Assembly: GCA_964016885.1 (NCBI GenBank)
Contig: OZ024759.1
Coordinates: forward strand, 13,888,001-13,952,000
DNA: 64,000 bases
Direction: 5' to 3'
DNA from: Eledone cirrhosa
Taxonomy: Eukaryota
Position numbers and translations under genes: made by a program. Positions 63,151-64,000 of this stretch are shown in pieces. How positions within the stretch are numbered: position 1 is the stretch's first letter; each line of letters opens with the position of its first letter. The notes under the pieces were generated by a model. That model was not told where the DNA came from and did not search any database. It saw only the letters and a list, made by a program, of their open reading frames with translations.

Positions 63151-64000
63151 AGTAGACTTAATCTGTCACCCAGTTTAACACCACCACCACCTGACCCTTG
63201 GGTGGTAGACTTAATCTGTCACCCAGTTTAACACCACCACCACCTGACCCTTGGGTGGTAGACTTAATCTGTCACCCAGTTTAACACCACCACCACCTGA
63301 CCCTTGGGTGGTAGACTTAATCTGTCACCCAGTTTAACACCACCACCACCTGACCCTTGGGTGGTAGACTTAATCTGTCACCCAGTTTAACACCACCACC
63401 ACCTGACCCTTGGGTGGTAGACTTAATCTGTCACCCAGTTTAACACCACCACCACCTGACCCTTGGGTGGTAGACTTAATCTGTCACCCAGTTTAACACC
63501 ACCACCACCTGACCCTTGGGTGGTAGACTTAATCTGTCACCCAGTTTAACACCACCTGACCCTTGGGTGGTAGCCTTAATCTGTCAACCAGTTTAAAACC
63601 ACCACCACTTGGGCCTTGGGTGGTAGACTTAATCTGTCACCCAGTTTAACACCACCACCTGACTTTTGGGTGGTAGACTTAATCTGTCACCCAGTTTAAC
63701 ACCACCACCACCTGACCCTTGGGTGGTAGACTTAATCTGTCACCCAGTTTAACACCACCACCTGACTTTTGGGTGGTAGACTTAATCTGTCACCCAGTTT
63801 AACACCACCACCACCTGACCCTTGGGTGGTAGACTTAATCTGTCACCCAGTTTAACACCACCACCACCTGACCCTTGGGTGGTAGACTTAATCTGTCACC
63901 CAGTTTAACACCACCTGACCCTTGGGTGGTAGCCTTAATCTGTCACCCAGTTTAACACCACCACCACCTGACCCTTGGGTGGTAGACTTAATCTGTCACC
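63145..64000. repeat. 53-bp (50-bp variant) tandem repeat, >=16 copies, runs off the window
   Basis: Unit GGTAGACTTAATCTGTCACCCAGTTTAACACCACCACCACCTGACCCTTGGGT. Confidence 0.95.

Overview
Repeat-rich, AT-rich animal genomic DNA. The microsatellite load and SINE types suggest a coleoid cephalopod or octopod, which is an inference. The whole window lies inside one minus-strand, intron-rich gene encoding an inositol polyphosphate 4-phosphatase (INPP4A/B-like). I joined 17 GT-AG exons (62697 to 7088; 2235 nt, about 745 aa) into one continuous frame, running from the C2 domain to just before the catalytic CX5R region. The 5' and 3' ends of the gene lie outside the window. The introns hold Chapaev3, maT (DD37D), mariner, hAT, piggyBac-like and Helitron DNA elements, plus Dong/R4, RTE-like and Penelope-like retroelements, tRNA-derived SINEs and many minisatellites. 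Top observations: (1) a diverged duplicate of one exon (39521-39644 vs 29383-29491, same 0->1 phase, possibly a third at 25173-25272) that suggests mutually exclusive splicing; (2) about ten Penelope-type type I hammerhead ribozyme motifs in the introns, the best-preserved ones on the pre-mRNA strand, including a recurring U.U stem II-closing variant; (3) a SINE/LINE shared 3' tail, a twin-primed LINE and satellites nested inside hAT MITEs. All homologies were recognised by eye, without database searches.
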